A stretch of 64,000 nt of DNA from contig OY970195.1 of the NCBI GenBank assembly GCA_963708185.1, forward strand, positions 704,001-768,000, written 5' to 3'. A program made the translations under genes and the position numbers. Shown here one piece after another: positions 27,886 to 38,624 of this stretch; positions within the stretch are counted from its first letter, which is position 1; the number at the start of each line of letters is the position of its first letter. This DNA comes from Candidatus Peregrinibacteria bacterium (GTDB taxonomy: Bacteria > Patescibacteriota > Gracilibacteria > UBA1369). The notes under the pieces are model-generated. The model had not been told where the DNA came from and searched no databases. It saw only the letters and a program-made list of their open reading frames with translations.

Positions 27886-28245
27886 ATGTATAAATCTGAT
27901 CGAAACGGTAAATTTGGCAGTAAAAGAAACTTTGGAGGAAGAGGGTTTAACGGGTCGGGAAGAACTGTCATGCATAAGGCGGTATGCGATGAATGCGGCA
28001 AAACCTGCGAAGTCCCCTTTAAACCGACCGGCGACCGGCCCGTTTACTGTAATAACTGTTTTAAGAAGAATGAAAACGGTGATTCAAGGCGACCGCAGCG
28101 AGATGATCGGAAAAACTATGACGGAGGCAAGCGGACCGATCAATATCAGGAACAGTTTGCCATCATCAACTCCAAACTCGACGAAATTCTGGAGGCGTTA
28201 ACGAATATCGCCGAAGAAGAGGATGATAACGGCGATGAGGCGTAG
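27886..28245 (+). CDS. CxxC-x17-CxxC zinc-ribbon protein
   Basis: AVCDECGKTCEVPFKPTGDRPVYCNNCF, with a Gly/Arg-rich N-terminus. Confidence 0.88.
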   Translation: MYKSDRNGKFGSKRNFGGRGFNGSGRTVMHKAVCDECGKTCEVPFKPTGDRPVYCNNCFKKNENGDSRRPQRDDRKNYDGGKRTDQYQEQFAIINSKLDEILEALTNIAEEEDDNGDEA

Positions 28246-28340
28246 GCTCCGGCGTTGATTCATCACGATGGAGAATGGTTTGCAAAGATACCCGGGATAG
28301 GGTATTTTTTGCTAACCTTCGCCATTTTTTGCAAAACCAT

Positions 28341-28954
28341 ATGCATTCTCCAGATACATTCAAAGCGCTTCTCGTCGACGATTCGTCGGGAACGATCGAA
28401 ACGACCGAGGCCATCCTCTCCCTCTTGTATATCGACTGTATCACGGCCAGTACGGACTCGAAAGCTCTTGAAATTCTTCAGGGACCATTGAGGAACGACG
28501 TCGGGTTTGTGGTTACCGATCAAAATATGCGTGAAGATATAACCGGTTCACGACTGCTTCAGTTGATGCGTTTATCCAGTGAAACTGATGGAATCCCAGG
28601 CGGAATACTTACCGGAGATATGATGGGTTCAGAGGACCGAGAGGAAGAGGACCCATCGCCAATTTCGTCATCAGAAAAGACACCGATCTGAACAGGGTTT
28701 TTCCCAAAGTTATCGCTTTTGCCCGCGTCGCCAAACGTCAGAGGAACAGTTCAAAACAAGATCCCGCAGGGCTGGTCTCAAAACTTTCAGTACTTGATGA
28801 TTCCTCTTTCCGGCATGCAGATATGGTATTGGCTCCTGAAGATCGAAAGAGCGTGGAAGAGTTCCGGACGATGGTGCGCAGAGAATTGCTCGAAAGATTT
28901 TTACTGCCGCACGACATCAGGAAAATGCTCAAAGATGCTTTACCAAAGTCTTGA
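28341..28954 (+). CDS. Response-regulator receiver domain protein (apparent frameshift ~28650)
   Basis: LLVDD...VTDQNM...G..LL...ILTG. A -1 frame continues ANFVIRKD... for ~100 codons to TGA at 28954. Confidence 0.6.
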
Positions 28955-29028
28955 GAAGCCCTTCCGCAAGAAAAGTTTGCTTTCTTCCTAATATATTTTA
29001 TACTTCGGACGCACATCACTGATTTTCC

Positions 29029-30903
29029 ATGTCTCTAGAAAAGGAAACATTTCTAGAAAATAATCTTCTATTGAAGCTTGCGGCTAAGAGCAGGGAAGAG
29101 ATGAAAGCTCAACTTCAAAAAGCTCAAGACGCATTGAACCAGGGACTCAAGATATTGCCGCCACGCGTGCAGAATCTTTCAACGATGGCCGGGACGGTTG
29201 GGGAAATTTTGGTAGAGTCATCACAGAGTATGGTCCAGGCGGCAATCAGGAAAGTCATCAGAGAGGTTCTTCCTCAACATGAAGAAGCGCGTCATCCATC
29301 AGCCGAGACTCGAACGGAAACCAATCAAGGAAAAAAAATCGTTGTCTGGCTCGTTCATCCGACCAACTACCGGCAGGATGGAACACCCCGCAAATATAAA
29401 AAACAGATTCTTCCTTCCAATGCCATCGGCCAGTTGTGGGCACTGATGCCCCAATCCGTTCCCGACGGGCAGAAAAATGTCCCCGTTGAGCGGCATTTCA
29501 TTGAAGACACCGCCCAGCCTTTTGATATTGATGCCATCGTCCGTTCCATCCAGGGCGATGATGTTAAAGGCATCGTGATGCTCTGCGGGATACAGACCAA
29601 CCAGTGGCCCCGTGCACTGGACCTGGCCTTGCTCTGCCGGCAGCGGGATATTCCGGTGGTGGCTGGCGGTTACCACGTGCGCGCCGACCTCCCTTTTACT
29701 GAAAAACAGGCGGAAGATCTGGGCATATCATTGGCGATCGGCGAAGCGGAATCTCCCGTCCACGACGGACGTCTTTTTCTGGAAGCCATTCTTCAGGATC
29801 TTTGGAACGACGATTTGAAGCCCTCATATCGCCAGCAGGAAAATCCAAACATTGAATCGCAAAAACTGTCCGAGGTTATTCCTGAATACCAGAATCTGAT
29901 GATCAATCCTGCGATGGCCACCATGGAAACCTCGCGAGGTTGTCCTTTGCCCTGCAGTTTTTGCACGATCCGTACCATCGGCGGAACAGAGGTGCGGGCA
30001 AGAACACCGTCGCAAATGAAAGAGTGGCTCCATGAAGTTTATGAAAAACAGGGCATCCGGAGCATCTTTATCACGGACGATAATTTTGCGAGGAGCGACC
30101 AGCGTTTTGAAATCCTGAAAATCCTTGCCGAATTGCGCGAGGACGGATTCCCTCTCAACGCAATGATCCAGGTCGATACCAAGGCAACCTCCGGAAGAAC
30201 GGGGGCTCAGTTCGTCGAGGCCTGTAAAAAAGCTGGCGTGCATGCCGTTTTTCTTGGCATAGAAAGCGTTGATCCCGGAGTGCTCAAAGACATGAACAAA
30301 CCTCAAAATCATCCCGAACGCTACAAAGAGATGATCCACACCTGGCACGGAATCAACGTGCTGACGCAGTGCGGATTCATCATCGGCAACCAGAAAGACA
30401 CCACGGGCGTCGGGAAACGTTCGGCGGAGGCTCTTTTGGACATGGGTATCGATGTTGCGGCGGCGTATGTCCTTACTCCCCTCCCCGGTTCGGTGGATTA
30501 CCACCGCTTCCACCAGCAGGGATTTGTGCATGAAAAAGATTTCAGTCTCTACGACAGCCACTCAGCCGCATGCATTAAATTCCCCGGAGGCCTGTCCCCG
30601 GAGGAGGTCAAAGCAGAGTACGACAGCTTTTACCAAAATTTTTTCGCGTGGAAAAATTTCCCGAGACTTGCGGATCGGCTCCACGATAACACCCTGAGAG
30701 CCGCCACACGTCAGTGGATCTGGTATAAATACGCTTCGAGCCGGGGCGACAATCCGATGTACTCGGGCATGGGGAACATTCCACCCGATTTTGTGCGAGG
30801 GGATTTTCCCGATCAATCGCCGCCGTCCGTCGCCGACCTGGCACCAAAACCTCACGGCCCCGGCTCGCCTCTGCGAGAGAAGAAAAAATTGCAGATTATT
30901 TAA
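29029..30903 (+). CDS. B12-binding-domain radical SAM protein
   Basis: SRGCPLPCSFC (CxxxCxxC), VAGGYH, GEAE, TDDNF, GIES and LTPLPGS. Confidence 0.88.
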   Translation: MSLEKETFLENNLLLKLAAKSREEMKAQLQKAQDALNQGLKILPPRVQNLSTMAGTVGEILVESSQSMVQAAIRKVIREVLPQHEEARHPSAETRTETNQGKKIVVWLVHPTNYRQDGTPRKYKKQILPSNAIGQLWALMPQSVPDGQKNVPVERHFIEDTAQPFDIDAIVRSIQGDDVKGIVMLCGIQTNQWPRALDLALLCRQRDIPVVAGGYHVRADLPFTEKQAEDLGISLAIGEAESPVHDGRLFLEAILQDLWNDDLKPSYRQQENPNIESQKLSEVIPEYQNLMINPAMATMETSRGCPLPCSFCTIRTIGGTEVRARTPSQMKEWLHEVYEKQGIRSIFITDDNFARSDQRFEILKILAELREDGFPLNAMIQVDTKATSGRTGAQFVEACKKAGVHAVFLGIESVDPGVLKDMNKPQNHPERYKEMIHTWHGINVLTQCGFIIGNQKDTTGVGKRSAEALLDMGIDVAAAYVLTPLPGSVDYHRFHQQGFVHEKDFSLYDSHSAACIKFPGGLSPEEVKAEYDSFYQNFFAWKNFPRLADRLHDNTLRAATRQWIWYKYASSRGDNPMYSGMGNIPPDFVRGDFPDQSPPSVADLAPKPHGPGSPLREKKKLQII

Positions 30904-30965
30904 AGCAATCCCGGGAACCGGAGGAGGACTGCCCTTTGCGTCGATTTTTTGCTACACTGGGGCTC

Positions 30966-31754
30966 ATGAACACCTCATGGTACTTCAATCCGATCCTCGT
31001 CCAGCTGGGTCCCGTGGCCATTCACTGGTACGGCGTCATGTACGCTTTGGCTTTTGTACTGGGCTATTTTTATCTGCACCGTTCAAAGCACGGCAAAAGC
31101 CTTCCGTTAACGAACGACCAGAAAGATCTTTTCCTGGCGTATATTATCCTTGGAGTGCTGGTCGGCGGACGTCTCGGGTATATTTTGTTCTACAACCTTC
31201 CCTACTATGTGCAAAATCCGCTGAAGATTTTTGCGGTGTGGGAGGGAGGGATGTCTTTCCATGGCGGTGTTCTTGCCATTGCCGCGGTTGTCGTCTGGTT
31301 CAGCAAGAAATACCGTATCAAACTTTTTACGCTTAGTGACGCCGTTTGCGCGATCGCACCGCTGGGGCTTTTGTTCGGGCGCATCGGGAACTTCATCAAC
31401 GGAGAACTCTACGGCAGGATCGCGCCGGCAGGATCGCAACTGTGTTTGTATTTCCCTTCCGATCCGACGAACTGCCGCTATCCTTCACAACTTTTTGAAT
31501 CTTTTTTTGAAGGTCTGGTTCTGTTTACGCTTCTTTATTTCATCCGGAAAAAATATCCCCGATCCGGCGTTGTAACCGTGGCGTTTTTATTCTTTTACGG
31601 CGTCTTCAGGTTTTTCATCGAATTTTTCAGGGAACCCGATCCTCAGATCGGCCTTTTGTTCGGTGGGTTTACCGAAGGACAGCTGCTGTGTTCCGCCATG
31701 ATCATCGCCAGTGTGTTTTTGTGGATTTTCCTGAAAAAGCATCCACGGGACTGA
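30966..31754 (+). CDS. lgt: Prolipoprotein diacylglyceryl transferase
   Basis: HWYG, GGRLGY, WEGGMSFHGG, GRIGNFINGELYGR and RFFIEFFREPD. Confidence 0.96.
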   Translation: MNTSWYFNPILVQLGPVAIHWYGVMYALAFVLGYFYLHRSKHGKSLPLTNDQKDLFLAYIILGVLVGGRLGYILFYNLPYYVQNPLKIFAVWEGGMSFHGGVLAIAAVVVWFSKKYRIKLFTLSDAVCAIAPLGLLFGRIGNFINGELYGRIAPAGSQLCLYFPSDPTNCRYPSQLFESFFEGLVLFTLLYFIRKKYPRSGVVTVAFLFFYGVFRFFIEFFREPDPQIGLLFGGFTEGQLLCSAMIIASVFLWIFLKKHPRD

Positions 31755-31907
31755 CATGAAAAGTTTTTATATTTCCAGCTTGCGTTAAATTAAAAAATAT
31801 TTCAGGAATATGGATAGTGCATTTGGCTTCCCTTAGCGGTGTTGAGCCTTTTTGAAGCGCTCAAAATATGCTAAAATAAAAAGATTTAAAAACTAACAAA
31901 AACAAAC

Positions 31908-33830
31908 ATGACAAAACTGTTGAAATTCTTGAACGATGCAAAGGGGTACATCATCGCCGCTGTGATTATTCTGGCTGCAGGAGGTGCTTATGTTTACTTC
32001 AGCAATCAGGATGGCAAGAATTATGAAACGTTTACCGTCCAATCCGTTGATCTCGGACAATCCATCGAGGCGACGGGGTTTTTGCAGCCGACCACTTCGG
32101 TGGATCTCGCGTTCCATACTTCGGGAGAAGTGGGAAAGGTCAACGTTGACGTGGGAGACCGCGTGAAAAAAGGCGATACACTGGCCTCATTGACCAATGA
32201 CAGCCAGAAGGCCGCTTTGGCCCAAACCAAGGGTATTCTGTCCGAAGCACAGGCCGCTTTGAACCTTGAGCTTGCCCAGGCCACCGATCAAGACATTGCC
32301 ATCGCCCGTGCAGACGTGCAGCAGGCCGTCGCGAGCAAGGAAAAAACCCAGGTGGACTACAACAATTCACTCACCGATCTCGACAATACGAAAAAAACCG
32401 TTGCCCAGGACATCAAAACCGCCGAACTCAACCTCGACGATGCGAAACTCAATCTCCAAAAAGTGGAGATCAACAGTTCCACTGCGACCCAGCAGAGCGA
32501 CACCTCCGTCACGAACGCAGCGCTTGCGGTAAAAACGGCCCTCGACCAGCTTCTTGTTGCGGCAAAGGGGCTGCTGCAGAGTTTCGATAAGATCTTCGGA
32601 TTTGAAGGACCCTCGATTTTCAATACGGCAAATTCTATCACCATCGTGGGAAGTGCAGAGTACATCAGCGCCCAGAATCTCTACTCGCAGGATCTGCAAA
32701 GTTACAAAGACCTCCAGGCAACATTCGACGCGTTTCCATCGACGCCTTCAGCCGACGATCTCCTCAAGGTTGCAGTTGACGTCACCGGATTCATCAAGAC
32801 GACCAATGACTGCATTCTTGCGGTGACGGTCGTTCTCGATAAGTTAAGCACGAATTCGCAATTTCAGTACTCTGACCTGACGCAGCTCCGGACCGAGATC
32901 ACGGCTTCCGGAGGAACATTTAATGCCGCAGCGGCAAGTTACAATACCGCCAAGAAAACACTTGATGATGCCACCATCAATCAAAGCGGTACGGGGAGCA
33001 CTTCTCCGCTTGATGTGGAATCCGCTCGGTTGGCCGTCACCCAGGCCCAACAGAACCTGACCAAGGTCCAGGTCAACGGAGACACCCAGATTTCAACCAA
33101 AGAAACCGCTTCAAAAGCTTTGACCGCGGAGTTGCAGGTCGCCCAAGCCGAAGTCGACCGCAGCAACGCAGCCCTGGAAAAAACTCTGGCTTCGCCTCGA
33201 TCCGTGGACGTGGCTCCATACCGTGCGCGCGTGCAGCAGGCGCAGGCCCAGGTGGACAAAGCGCAAAGCGACCTCGATAATACGCTGATCAAAGCTCCAT
33301 TCGACGGTATCATGACGGCGAAAAACATTGATCCAGGAGAACAGTTCCTTATCGCAAGCGGTGTCGCCAACCAGCCGGCACTGAGCATTATCGACGATAG
33401 CCAGTTTCACATCGACGTCAACATTCCCGAAACCCAGATCATCAAGATTTCGACCGACAGCAAAGTCACCGTTACGTTTGACGCCCTCGATACCGAAGAA
33501 ACGTTTGACGGCAAGATTCTTTCGATCGAACCGGCTTCAACTACGGTCCAGGACATCATCTACTACAAAGCAAAGGTTGCGCTCGTCAAAGCCGACAAAA
33601 GGCTGAAAGCCGGCATGACGGCCAATGTTACCATCGCTTCGGATTCTCCGAACAAGGTGCTGGCTATTCCGGAACGAGCCATCGTGCTCGACGACAACAA
33701 TAATAAAACCGTTCTCACCTCACCGGGACAAAGCGTACAGATCCGAACCGGAGTCCGCGGTGAAAACGGCATGATCGAAGTTGTTTCAGGTCTCAAAGAA
33801 GGTGATACGATACTTGTTCCGCTGAATTAA
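31908..33830 (+). CDS. Efflux membrane-fusion protein (HlyD/MacA-like, long coiled coil)
   Basis: N-terminal TM, lipoyl-like V..GDRVKKGD, APFDG, LKAGMTA and SGLKEGD. Confidence 0.88.
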   Translation: MTKLLKFLNDAKGYIIAAVIILAAGGAYVYFSNQDGKNYETFTVQSVDLGQSIEATGFLQPTTSVDLAFHTSGEVGKVNVDVGDRVKKGDTLASLTNDSQKAALAQTKGILSEAQAALNLELAQATDQDIAIARADVQQAVASKEKTQVDYNNSLTDLDNTKKTVAQDIKTAELNLDDAKLNLQKVEINSSTATQQSDTSVTNAALAVKTALDQLLVAAKGLLQSFDKIFGFEGPSIFNTANSITIVGSAEYISAQNLYSQDLQSYKDLQATFDAFPSTPSADDLLKVAVDVTGFIKTTNDCILAVTVVLDKLSTNSQFQYSDLTQLRTEITASGGTFNAAAASYNTAKKTLDDATINQSGTGSTSPLDVESARLAVTQAQQNLTKVQVNGDTQISTKETASKALTAELQVAQAEVDRSNAALEKTLASPRSVDVAPYRARVQQAQAQVDKAQSDLDNTLIKAPFDGIMTAKNIDPGEQFLIASGVANQPALSIIDDSQFHIDVNIPETQIIKISTDSKVTVTFDALDTEETFDGKILSIEPASTTVQDIIYYKAKVALVKADKRLKAGMTANVTIASDSPNKVLAIPERAIVLDDNNNKTVLTSPGQSVQIRTGVRGENGMIEVVSGLKEGDTILVPLN

Positions 33831-33841
33831 TCCACCAGACG

Positions 33842-35092
33842 ATGTCTTCACGAAAAGATTCAATCCGTTTAGGTTTTTTCCTCGCACGACGTTCGATTTT
33901 GAGGGGAAACCGCTACGTGACCGTTCTCATTGTCGCCATTTTGATGCTGATTTTCCTTAATCTGCTTGCGGTCGGCGGTCTGCTCATCGGTATGCTCAAG
34001 AACGGTAACAGGGCTTTTTATACGTATTTTTCCGGAACGGTCGAGGTCAAACCACCGATTGAAAAACAGTACATCCAGTATCCCGACGAACTGATCAGTT
34101 TTTTCAAGAGCCTTCCCGGATACCTTTCCTACTCGGCGCGTCTCAACTCGGCGGCAAAGCTTGAGGTCGGTTACAAAGAGAAAAAAATCGGATCGGAAGT
34201 CAGCAATGTTTCCAGTCCGATCGTGGGGATCGATCCTGACATGGAGTCCAAGACGACCAGTCTTCAAAACACCATCATTGAAGGACGTTTTCTTCGCCCG
34301 GATGATCGAGACAAAATTGTCCTCGGCGCCATCATTGCCGGGCGAGGAGGGACCATCGCCATCGGAGAATCACTCAAAAACGTCAACGTCGGCGACAAAG
34401 TCCTCGCGACGTACGGCAACGGCGTCAAGCGTGAATACACCGTCGTTGGCATCATGCTGGCAAAACCGGTTTTCCGCAATCTGCAGTCTTTCGTCAACAT
34501 CAAGGAGCTCGACGACGTCATGGATATCACCAGTCCCCAATACACCGACATCGCCATCAAAACGGTCAACCCGCTCGACGCCGACCATTTCAGGAGTTAT
34601 TTCGTCAACGCCGGATACACCCAGTACAATCTCATCCAGACCTGGGAGGAATCGCTCGGCAGTGCCATCAATGACATCAACACGGTACTTACCGCGCTCG
34701 GTGACATCATCGGCGCCATCGGTGTGGTCGTGGGGTCGATCACCATTTTCATTCTCATTTTCGTCAACGCCATTTCCCACCGCAAATACATCGGCATTCT
34801 CAAAGCCATCGGCATCAAGAGCGAATCGATCATTCTGTCCTACGTTCTCCAGGGATTTTTCTATACGGTTCTGGGCATAATTTTCGGATCGATCATCCTT
34901 TTCGGCTTCCTGATACCGTACTTTAATGCCCACCCGATTGATCTTCCTTTTGCCGACACCTCGATTTACGTTTCTCAACCTTATGCCACCGATCGTATCA
35001 TCATTCTTCTCATCGTTTCGATCGTCAGCGGGCTTATTCCGGCCCGGCTTATCACCAACGAAAACACTTTAGACGCTATTTTAGGACGCTGA
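33842..35092 (+). CDS. ABC transporter permease (MacB/LolE/FtsX family)
   Basis: TM, periplasmic domain and three TMs. IGILKAIG motif. Confidence 0.88.
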   Translation: MSSRKDSIRLGFFLARRSILRGNRYVTVLIVAILMLIFLNLLAVGGLLIGMLKNGNRAFYTYFSGTVEVKPPIEKQYIQYPDELISFFKSLPGYLSYSARLNSAAKLEVGYKEKKIGSEVSNVSSPIVGIDPDMESKTTSLQNTIIEGRFLRPDDRDKIVLGAIIAGRGGTIAIGESLKNVNVGDKVLATYGNGVKREYTVVGIMLAKPVFRNLQSFVNIKELDDVMDITSPQYTDIAIKTVNPLDADHFRSYFVNAGYTQYNLIQTWEESLGSAINDINTVLTALGDIIGAIGVVVGSITIFILIFVNAISHRKYIGILKAIGIKSESIILSYVLQGFFYTVLGIIFGSIILFGFLIPYFNAHPIDLPFADTSIYVSQPYATDRIIILLIVSIVSGLIPARLITNENTLDAILGR

Positions 35093-35832
35093 TGTTTGCT
35101 GTCAAAACCGACAATCTGGCCAAAACTTATGTTTCCGGAAACGTTGAGACCAAAGCGTTGCGCGGTGTCAGCATCCAGGTGAAACCCGGCGAATTCGTCG
35201 CCGTCATGGGCCCGTCGGGTTCAGGCAAATCGACGCTGCTCTACCAGCTTGGTCTCATCGACTATCCGACGAGCGGAAAAATTTACATTGAAGGACGGGA
35301 CATCAGCCACTTTACGCAAATGGACCGCGACCGTTTTCGTTTGTACGAGTTTGGTTTTGTTTTTCAGGATTATGCGCTTATCCCGGAACTTTCGGCTGAA
35401 GAAAACATTATGGTTCCGCTGATGATGCAAGGAAAATCCAAGAAAGATGCTGAAAAAATGGCATTGGAAATATTGGATAAATTCGGCCTGAGCCACCGCA
35501 TCCGCAACCTTCCCAGCCAGCTTTCCGGAGGTGAACAGCAACGCGTGAGCGTCGGAAGGGCAATAGCGCATAAACCCAAGATTCTTTTTGCCGACGAACC
35601 GACGGCCAACCTCGATTCTGAAATGTCGCACGAACTTCTCGATCTGTTCCTGGAACTCAACAAAGCCGGACAAACCATCGTCATGGTCACGCACGAAAAA
35701 GAGTATGGGCTGATGGCCGAACGCATCATCCATCTTCGAGACGGTATGATCAACGGGCACCAACCGACGGATCATATTGAAGACGGCATGGAACACAAAA
35801 CCAAAAGCAGCATACGGGAGAAAAAACGCTAG
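35092..35832 (+). CDS. ABC transporter ATP-binding protein (LolD/MacB-like)
   Basis: GPSGSGKST, LSGGEQQRV, DEPT and VTH. Confidence 0.93.
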   Translation: MFAVKTDNLAKTYVSGNVETKALRGVSIQVKPGEFVAVMGPSGSGKSTLLYQLGLIDYPTSGKIYIEGRDISHFTQMDRDRFRLYEFGFVFQDYALIPELSAEENIMVPLMMQGKSKKDAEKMALEILDKFGLSHRIRNLPSQLSGGEQQRVSVGRAIAHKPKILFADEPTANLDSEMSHELLDLFLELNKAGQTIVMVTHEKEYGLMAERIIHLRDGMINGHQPTDHIEDGMEHKTKSSIREKKR

Positions 35833-35858
35833 AAATCCGCAAGCTTTCTTTCAATACA

Positions 35859-35884
35859 AAAACCCGGAGCTTGCTCCGGGTTTT
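35859..35884. terminator. Bidirectional terminator between ABC operon and pnp
   Basis: AAAACCCGGAGC-TT-GCTCCGGGTTTT between convergent genes. Confidence 0.85.
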
Positions 35885-35910
35885 CTCTTTTCAAATCGTA
35901 CTTTCAGGGT

Positions 35911-38094
35911 TTAGAACTTTCTCCTGAAAGGTTTTTTGGGCGGGCGCGACGCAATGCCGCCATCGTCGTGTGCACCTTCAGGTTTAGGAAGCAGAACCTT
36001 ATGGGAAAGGTTGTAGCGGCCCTGATCGTCGATCTCCATGAGTTTGACCTTGAGGGTGTCTCCGACCGATACGACGTCTTCTACGCGGTTCACGTGGGCC
36101 CAGGCAAGCTGTGAAATATGGACAAGGCCTTCTTTTCCCGGAAGGAATTCAACGAATGCACCGAAGTCCATGATCTTGACGACTTTTGCTTCGAACTCAT
36201 CGCCGACCTTCGGCTGATAGGTGAGACGTTTGATCCAGGCAATGGCTTTGTTGCCGCTTTCCTGATCCTTGGCCGTGATGCAGACGAGACCGTCCTGTTC
36301 GATGTCGATCTCCACTCCGCACTCTTCCGTGATCTTCTGGATGGTTTCTCCACCCTTGCCGATGACGACCTTGATGAGTGCCGGATCAATCTTCATATCC
36401 ATGATGAGCGGAGCGTACTTGGAAAGATGCTCGTTGGGTTTCGGAATGGTCTGGAGCATTTCGTACAGGATCTGTTCGCGGGCCTGCTTGGCTCGTTCCA
36501 ATGCTTCGCGCATAACTTCAATGGTCAGTCCTTTCACCTTGATGTCCATCTGAAGGGCGTTGATACCATCGTGAGTCCCGGTGACCTTGAAATCCATGTC
36601 ACCGGCGAAATCTTCCATGCCCTGGATATCGGTGAGGATCTTATAACCTTTCGTGATGTCTTTGTCTTTGGAAACGAGACCCATGGCGATGCCGGCAACG
36701 GGTTTCTTGATGGGAACGCCGGCGTGCATGAGTGAAAGCGTCGATCCGCAGACCGAAGCCATGGAACTTGAACCGTTACAGCTCATGATTTCCGAAACGA
36801 CCCAGATGGTGTACGGAAAATCTTCCTTGGAAGGAAGGACCGGGATGAGTGAGCGTTCAGCAAGATCGCCGTGACCGATGTCGCGACGGGAAGGACCGCG
36901 GAGAGGTTTTACTTCACCGACGGAATACGGCGGAAAGTCATAGTGGTGCATGTAGCGCTTGGTGATGTCTTCATCCATGGTGTCCACGATCTGGGCGGAA
37001 CCCGGAGAGCCAAGCGTGGTAATGCTCAATGCCTGGGTTTCACCGCGTTGGAACAGGGCGGAACCGTGCGGTCTCGGCAATAGTCCGACCATGCATTTGA
37101 TGGGACGGATTTCGTCGACCTTGCGGCCGTCGAGACGCTGTTCTTTTTCAAGAATATTGGCGCGCATGTTCTGTTCGAGCATCTTGTTGAGCACTTCATT
37201 GAGATGCCTGGTGCTCAACGTTCCGGCTTCGATCTGCTCTTTGTACTTTTCGGCGAGTTTATCTTCCAAGGCGTGGATTTTCTCCTTCACATCACCTTTG
37301 GTTTTTCCGAAGACCTGGTCCATCATGTCTTTGCTGATGGTCTCTTCCACGGCTTTCTTGGCTTCTTCAGGAATTTCCACCATGGTGGGGGTGCGTTCTT
37401 CCTTGTGGTAGACCTTGGCGAAATCTTCCTGGAGAGCGCAGATCTTTTTGATCTCTTCGTGCGCCATCTGAAGAGCCTTGAGTATGATGTCCTCTGAAAC
37501 TTCTTTGGAAGCGGCTTCAACCATAGTGATGGCTTCAGCCGTGCCGGCGACCACAAGATCCAGGCGGCCTTCTTCGACCTGTTTGTAGGTCGGGTTGATG
37601 ATGAGTTTTTCTTCGTCGCCTTCTTTGACGAGGCCCATGCGTACCGCACCGACCGGTCCCTGGAAAGGCATTCCGGAAATGCTCAATGCCGCCGAAGCCG
37701 CGATCAAAGCGGTGGTTGCCGGTTCGACTTCAAGGTCGGCCGACAGTACGGTGCAGATGATCTGAACATCGTTGACGACCCCTTTCGGGAAGAGCGGGCG
37801 GATGGGACGGTCAATGAGACGTGAGTTCAGGATGGCTCTTTCCGAAGGTCTGCCTTCGCGTTTCACGAAACGACTGCCTTTGATTTTTCCCGCGGCGAAA
37901 TATTTTTCCTCGTAATCGACCATCATGGGGAAGAAGTCCGTGCCTTCACGTACTCCGCCCATCATGGCGCTGGCGAAAACCACGGTGTCGCCGAGGGAAA
38001 CCGTTACAGCCCCATGGGACTGGTTCGCCAAGAGTCCGGTCTCGATTTTAAGTTCGCGACCGGCAAGATCCATTGAAAATGTTTTCTTTTCCAT
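35911..38094 (-). CDS. pnp: Polyribonucleotide nucleotidyltransferase
   Basis: Two RNase PH domains (DRPIRP, NGSSSMAS, GDMDFKV) plus KH and S1. Confidence 0.98.
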   Translation of the reverse strand: MEKKTFSMDLAGRELKIETGLLANQSHGAVTVSLGDTVVFASAMMGGVREGTDFFPMMVDYEEKYFAAGKIKGSRFVKREGRPSERAILNSRLIDRPIRPLFPKGVVNDVQIICTVLSADLEVEPATTALIAASAALSISGMPFQGPVGAVRMGLVKEGDEEKLIINPTYKQVEEGRLDLVVAGTAEAITMVEAASKEVSEDIILKALQMAHEEIKKICALQEDFAKVYHKEERTPTMVEIPEEAKKAVEETISKDMMDQVFGKTKGDVKEKIHALEDKLAEKYKEQIEAGTLSTRHLNEVLNKMLEQNMRANILEKEQRLDGRKVDEIRPIKCMVGLLPRPHGSALFQRGETQALSITTLGSPGSAQIVDTMDEDITKRYMHHYDFPPYSVGEVKPLRGPSRRDIGHGDLAERSLIPVLPSKEDFPYTIWVVSEIMSCNGSSSMASVCGSTLSLMHAGVPIKKPVAGIAMGLVSKDKDITKGYKILTDIQGMEDFAGDMDFKVTGTHDGINALQMDIKVKGLTIEVMREALERAKQAREQILYEMLQTIPKPNEHLSKYAPLIMDMKIDPALIKVVIGKGGETIQKITEECGVEIDIEQDGLVCITAKDQESGNKAIAWIKRLTYQPKVGDEFEAKVVKIMDFGAFVEFLPGKEGLVHISQLAWAHVNRVEDVVSVGDTLKVKLMEIDDQGRYNLSHKVLLPKPEGAHDDGGIASRPPKKPFRRKF

Positions 38095-38121
38095 AAAAAA
38101 AATGGGGGTTATGATATGTTT

Positions 38122-38218
38122 TCCCCCAACAAGGCCCTTGGCCCAAGTAACAAGTTCAAAGAGACAATATGTTTATCTGCTTGAACCTGTAACTTGTGAC
38201 TCTGGGTACTTGCCGAGG
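38122..38218 (-). promoter_or_regulatory. Long stem-loop in rpsO-pnp intergenic region (possible RNase III site)
   Basis: Minus strand CCUCGGCAAG/CUUGUUGGGG outer stem and AAGUUACAGGUUCAA/UUGAACUUGUUACUU inner stem. Confidence 0.55.
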
Positions 38219-38233
38219 AAATAATGATTAAAG

Positions 38234-38497
38234 TTATTTGCGAAGTTTGAGTTTTCCCACGAGATCTTCGTAGTTTTCCTTGTCGTTCAGGCGAAGATAG
38301 TTGAGGAGTTTGCGTCGTTTCCCGACCATCATGAGAAGTCCGCGGCGGGAATGGTTGTCTTTTGGATGTTCTTCCAGGTGGCCCGAGAGCTGGTTGATCC
38401 TTTCCGTGAGAACCGCAATCTGTACTTGCGGCGACCCGGTATCTTTAGGGTGAAGCGCGTAATTCTTGATTACCTTTTTCTTTTCTGTACGTTTCAT
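38234..38497 (-). CDS. rpsO: 30S ribosomal protein S15
   Basis: [13 protein letters not shown]...[25 protein letters not shown]. Confidence 0.97.
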   Translation of the reverse strand: MKRTEKKKVIKNYALHPKDTGSPQVQIAVLTERINQLSGHLEEHPKDNHSRRGLLMMVGKRRKLLNYLRLNDKENYEDLVGKLKLRK

Positions 38498-38624
38498 CGC
38501 GTTAGCTAAAGTTAAAAAATTCGGCTTATAATGTACCAAATCTCTTGACGCTTGGCAAGAAGATATTTCTCCTTTATCATGGTTGGGATTTTTGAAGGAT
38601 TTTATAGTATTTGGAGCTTACGCC

